From an uncultured Nitrospiraceae bacterium (GTDB lineage Bacteria; Nitrospirota; Nitrospiria; Nitrospirales; Nitrospiraceae), in NCBI GenBank assembly GCA_963846575.1, contig CAWJWJ010000002.1, positions 896,001 through 960,000 of the forward strand: a DNA stretch of 64,000 nucleotides, read 5' to 3'. Below the pieces are notes generated by a model. It had not been told where the DNA came from, searched no databases, and worked only from the letters and a program-made list of their open reading frames with translations. How positions within the stretch are numbered: the stretch's first letter is position 1; each line of letters begins with the position of its first letter. Below are positions 60,290 to 64,000 of the stretch, piece after piece. A program made the translations under genes and the position numbers.

Positions 60290-60766
60290 TTATGGTACGC
60301 CGCCTTGTCGCTTCCATTGTCGCATGGCCTGAAATGCCTCACCCGGCAGTACCTGATGATGCGTCATGAACCGCTCTCGTCCACTCGCGCACACCTCGTC
60401 GTACAAGGCCTTATCGCCGAATCCCACCTGTTCCGCTCTATCGGATGAACAGCCAAAGTAGATGGTACGGATGCCCGCCCAGTAGATGGCGCTCAAACAC
60501 ATGGGACAGGGCTGACAGGACGCATAGATCACACACTGCCCCAGGTCAATGGTGGCCGCCTTTTTACACGCTCTCCGTAACGCCACGATCTCCGCATGGG
60601 CCGTCGGATCCCTATCGAGCATCGTGCGGTTGAATCCGCGAGCGAGAATTTTTCCATTGGACACAATCACGGCCCCGAATGGTCGCCCATGTAGTTTACC
60701 CGCCTGGCTCCGGGCAAGCTGAATCGCCATTCGCATGAATTGTCGATGCTGGTGTTCAATCGTCAC
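60290..60766 (-). CDS. Nucleoside/guanine deaminase (cytidine deaminase-like)
   Basis: PFGAVIV, DPTAHAE, SCQPCPMC, AIYWAGI. Confidence 0.9.
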   Translation of the reverse strand: MTIEHQHRQFMRMAIQLARSQAGKLHGRPFGAVIVSNGKILARGFNRTMLDRDPTAHAEIVALRRACKKAATIDLGQCVIYASCQPCPMCLSAIYWAGIRTIYFGCSSDRAEQVGFGDKALYDEVCASGRERFMTHHQVLPGEAFQAMRQWKRQGGVP

Positions 60767-60881
60767 GTGCCCTCCTGATCCTGATTCTACATTGGCCTAG
60801 TTGCGGTCTGTACGAATCTGTGTGGGGTAGTGTCGCGTGAGCGTCACGTCGATGATGACCACTTCACGCGAGGAAAGTCGA

Positions 60882-61120
60882 ATGAGGACCGAGCGTGAGA
60901 AAATGCGGCCAGGATCACTGTACGAGCCGATGACCAGGGGACTCGTGACAGCACGGGGACGAGACCTCTAGCAGGACCTCAACGTCGCGCGCGAGGCGGC
61001 GCAGGACGAGCGGCGCCGCGTCCTGCGCGATCTGTTCGGCGCGGGTGGCGACTCGGTCTGGATGCAGCCTCTCTTTCATGACTATTCACCTACATTAAAT
61101 TGGGCGAGCGGGTCTACTTT
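60882..61120 (+). pseudogene. Maltose O-acetyltransferase remnant (5' part)
   Basis: MRTEREKM...LYEP / DLNVARE...LRDLFGAGGDSVWMQP / IKLGERVYF with stops and shifts. Confidence 0.65.
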
Positions 61121-61311
61121 GGACTCGTGGGGTGGCGATTGACGATGAACCGGCGACACTCGACACATGCATAACTAAATTCCATGTGCTTTGGATTGTA
61201 CTGTTCCACTATTTTCGCGCGGTCCACGGCTGTATCCGGCCACTCCATTTGATACGCGCTCGTAGCTATCGCATACCCACATGGGCATCGGACAATATCT
61301 GGAAGTATCAT
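61114..61311 (-). CDS. Small Zn-ribbon-like hypothetical protein
   Basis: RCPCG...CVECR; GAGGA RBS. Confidence 0.45.
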   Translation of the reverse strand: MILPDIVRCPCGYAIATSAYQMEWPDTAVDRAKIVEQYNPKHMEFSYACVECRRFIVNRHPTSPK

Positions 61312-61650
61312 CGTAATCCTCTCGGTTGCTGGGTGCCGATGGTTGCCACGTGAGCCGACATCAAATCGCGTGTTCCTCAGGGCAATCCTGCCATGATCTG
61401 ACCCCGATGTTCACCATCCACGGCATCCTAGTGTCTCTCAACCTCATGGATGGGATTTTAGGGTGGAGCTGATCATCAGGATACTAGGCCCAACCCCCGT
61501 TTTACTTGTACGAGACCCTCAGCCCTCAAGAGTCTTACGCGACGGGTCAAGGCACTTGGCCTCGTGCAGTAATTCATGAACAAGGGCCATTCCCAGTAGT
61601 GCCTCTCACCGGTATCTCGCAGAATGGGCCACACCCGCAAGGAGCTACCA

Positions 61651-62013
61651 ATGGAACCGCAGCGCTTTTGGATCCACTTCACACTCGTGCTCGCGGTGTT
61701 CATTGCGGTCACTGTCTCGCACATCGTGAGCAGCGCCGGAGCCGGGAACACGGCTGGCGGAACCGACGTGCCACCGGAGGGTGGGTTCGCCAATCCATTA
61801 CCGGGGGCTAGCACTGGCCCGACCGCCGGGGAACCAGACGACTCCACAGCAGCCAAGGGCGCCGTTCAGGAGCGGACGAGATCGGAGCCGGACGCTTCAG
61901 CGCATGACAGCACCTCGCTGCGAAAATCCCCTTCCAGTCAGCCGGATAACCATCCTGGTTCTGACCGCATAGACTCCGATCATAAGAAGGCCCGCGACAA
62001 ACTAAGTCATTAG
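61651..62013 (+). CDS. Secreted low-complexity hypothetical protein
   Basis: AAGGAG RBS, signal peptide. Confidence 0.55.
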   Translation: MEPQRFWIHFTLVLAVFIAVTVSHIVSSAGAGNTAGGTDVPPEGGFANPLPGASTGPTAGEPDDSTAAKGAVQERTRSEPDASAHDSTSLRKSPSSQPDNHPGSDRIDSDHKKARDKLSH

Positions 62014-62022
62014 CGAGGCGCG

Positions 62023-62244
62023 ATGTCGATCACATGGACACCTTGCACGATTGCATGCTGTGGCGTGGTTGTCATCGCTGCGTTGACCGGATGCGATCGA
62101 CAAGGACTCAATCGACAACCGCCTCCACCGGCCGGCGTGTCGGTTCATCAGTCACCCTCGCAGGGGTTCCCACCCGCGCCGCAAGGAGCTATGCACGTCC
62201 CGGCGGTGACACCTGCTGTCCCTGCAGATTCAGCCGCTCGATAA
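62023..62244 (+). CDS. Small Pro-rich lipoprotein (paralogue of 56577..56795)
   Basis: Lipobox LTGC; GAGG RBS. Confidence 0.65.
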   Translation: MSITWTPCTIACCGVVVIAALTGCDRQGLNRQPPPPAGVSVHQSPSQGFPPAPQGAMHVPAVTPAVPADSAAR

Positions 62245-62795
62245 GCCCGTCATTCAAGTTGCATTTGCCTCTTGGCAAGCGATCGCGAAATAAAGAAGCG
62301 GTCCATGCTGAAACTCGTTAGATGCGACCACGATAGGATGACCCCTGCCAGCGGCTCCTGACAAGGAATTAGGCCGGTGTTAATACTGCTCCTGGCTGTT
62401 TGGGGAGATTATGCCGGCCGAAAGGTGTGCAGCTGATCCGTAATGTCTGCCGGCCAGAGTGCGAAAGGAGCGAAAAAAAGACCTTTCTTCGCTGCTTTCG
62501 CTAATGCGCGAGCAAATGTTGTGAGGCGTTATACACACCTATGCAGCAGAAGCAGGGGACCCGGACAGAATAGAAGACCCCCAGGTACGCACACAGCACA
62601 TATGAAGAGATGTCAACGTACGATGCCGCCCGCAGGAGCGCCTCCTTTGATTGGAGACTTTGCGACAGCAAGTCATCGACCAGCACATCCCCGGGGTCTC
62701 GGCTTGCCGGTGTCGAGGCGAATACCGAAGAAGTGAATGTTAAACCGTGACTGCCTGAAAGAGGGCTTAAAGGAAGAGTAAGCCGTTGAATTATT

Positions 62796-62840
62796 TGGTG
62801 GCGGTGACCCGGATTGAACGGGTGACCCGCGGCTTATGAG
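62796..62840 (-). other. 3' half of a tRNA(CAT) (elongator Met or Ile2), probable att site
   Basis: Minus strand CTCATAA-GCCGC-GGGTC-ACCCG-TTCAATC-CGGGT-CACCGCC-A-CCA; no D arm or 5' acceptor strand. Confidence 0.85.
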
Positions 62841-62849
62841 TCGCCTCCG

Positions 62850-62872
62850 AACCGTGACAGAAACCGTGACAG
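62850..62872. repeat. Tandem 11-bp direct repeat (integrase arm-type site candidate)
   Basis: AACCGTGACAG at 62850 and 62862. Confidence 0.6.
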
Positions 62873-63045
62873 CTAAGAAGGCTGAAAGTCGGGTTCCAGT
62901 GATCCAATCCCGGGGCTATGTCATGCATGGTACTGGTGAGCTTCTGCAAGCGTACCAGCGAAGAGGCTGACGCGGTAAGACGAGGCTTATGAATTAAACT
63001 CATTCACTACTTCGGCTGTGCCAGGAAACATGTATAGCCAGTCGA

Positions 63046-63256
63046 GTTTTAACCGCCCTCGTGCGACGGCGGATCACCCCACACATTGCGGCCAAGACGA
63101 CGGGACGGGAGGCCATCCATCAGCGGGTGCGTCGGCTGAGTCGGACGGTGGGCTATCGCCTCTCGCAACGGGCGCGGAAGAAGATCGAAGAACTCTGAGG
63201 CGAGGCGAAATGCTGGCACGGCTTCCGGCGGTTTCAGCGACGGGGGCTGCTCCAGG
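63046..63256 (+). pseudogene. IS5/IS1182-like transposase remnant
   Basis: ITPHIA...GYRLSQRARKKIEEL*GEAKCWHGFRRFQRRG; truncated at the IS3 left end. Confidence 0.7.
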
Positions 63257-64000
63257 CGTAAGCTCCCCTTAGATTGAGACAGCCATAAGGAGAACATTCT
63301 GGCACAATCGTCACCCTAGCCAGGAGGTTCCCATGCGCCAGTCGAAGTTCACCGAAACACAAATCGTGTCGATCCTGAAAGAAGCCGATGCCGGGCGCCC
63401 GGTCAATGAGTTGTGGCGGCAGCACGGCATCAGTTCCGCGACGTACTACAAGTGGAAATCCAAGTACGGCGGGCTGGAAGCCTCGGATGTGAAGCGACTG
63501 AAGGAATTGGAACACGAAAACAACCGCCTCAAGCGGATGTATGCCGATCTCTCGCTCGAGAATGCGGCGCTGAAAGATGTCATCGCAAAAAAGCTCTGAA
63601 GCCCGCTGAACGTCGGGAGGTTGTCACGCATCTCGTGACCGTACACGGTCTCCCGGTTCAGCGGGCTTGTCGCGCAGTGGGTTTGGGACGGGCGACGTAC
63701 TACCGACCACTCATCGACTGGGCTCGGCGGGATGCGCCGGTCATCGAGGCGTTGACGACGCTCGTCGCGGCGAAGAGTCGCTGGGGCTTTTGGAAGTGTT
63801 TCGGCGACTCCGATTGGATGGACATCCGTGGAATCACAAGCGTCTCTGGCGGGTGTACTGCCAGCTCCGCTTGAATCTCCCCCGTCGGACGAAGAAGCGG
63901 CTCTCAGCTCGTCTGCGACAGCCGTTGGGCGTGATTCCGTACCCGAACGCCGTGTGGGCCGTGGACTTCATGAGTGACACTCTGTACGGCGGCCGACGAT
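63257..64000 (+). mobile_element. IS3-family insertion sequence (partial)
   Basis: orfA 63333..63599 (KFTETQIVSILKE, TYYKWKSKYGG); AAAAAAG slip site 63587-63593; orfB with WNHKRLWRVY and WAVDFMSD. Confidence 0.93.

Noticed and set aside
62796..62870. Intact tRNA-Met gene
   Set aside because: No 5' acceptor strand or D arm, and the 5' anticodon stem does not pair
1..64000. CRISPR array, rRNA, and the many long antisense or overlapping ORFs in the track
   Set aside because: No regularly spaced repeats or rRNA-like sequence seen; shadow ORFs are expected opposite real genes in GC-rich DNA and lack motifs and RBS

Overview
GC-rich bacterial chromosomal window. Gene content and style suggest Nitrospira/Nitrospirota (inference; no database search was run). 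0-27 kb: mixed housekeeping and accessory genes, including MscS/MgtE-type genes, ychF, a Tat-exported plant-like polyphenol oxidase with a partner gene, an orphan contractile tail-sheath gene, trmL, a CCAEP-tail radical SAM/DUF169/ATP-grasp cluster, kup, tex and a two-component system. 28-36 kb: an expanded molybdate-uptake locus. 36-38.6 kb: two TraT-like lipoproteins and an AT-rich intergenic element with DnaA-box, Fis-like and NrdR-like motifs (DARS-like). 38.6-52.7 kb: a minus-strand cluster dabB-PII-HK-sigma54 RR-cysD-dabA-folC-icd-icd C-domain. In it, dabB, dabA and icd each have a sigma54-type promoter and a shared GTGY-N6-RCAC palindrome about 110-145 bp upstream. This is the best candidate for an undescribed system, an inorganic-carbon-limitation regulon. 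53-64 kb: an XRE/LexA-type repressor with a perfect operator, many small ORFs and gene remnants, a tRNA(CAT) 3' half marking an integration site, an IS5-like remnant and a partial IS3. Several single-base deletions in short repeats or homopolymers look like assembly errors.
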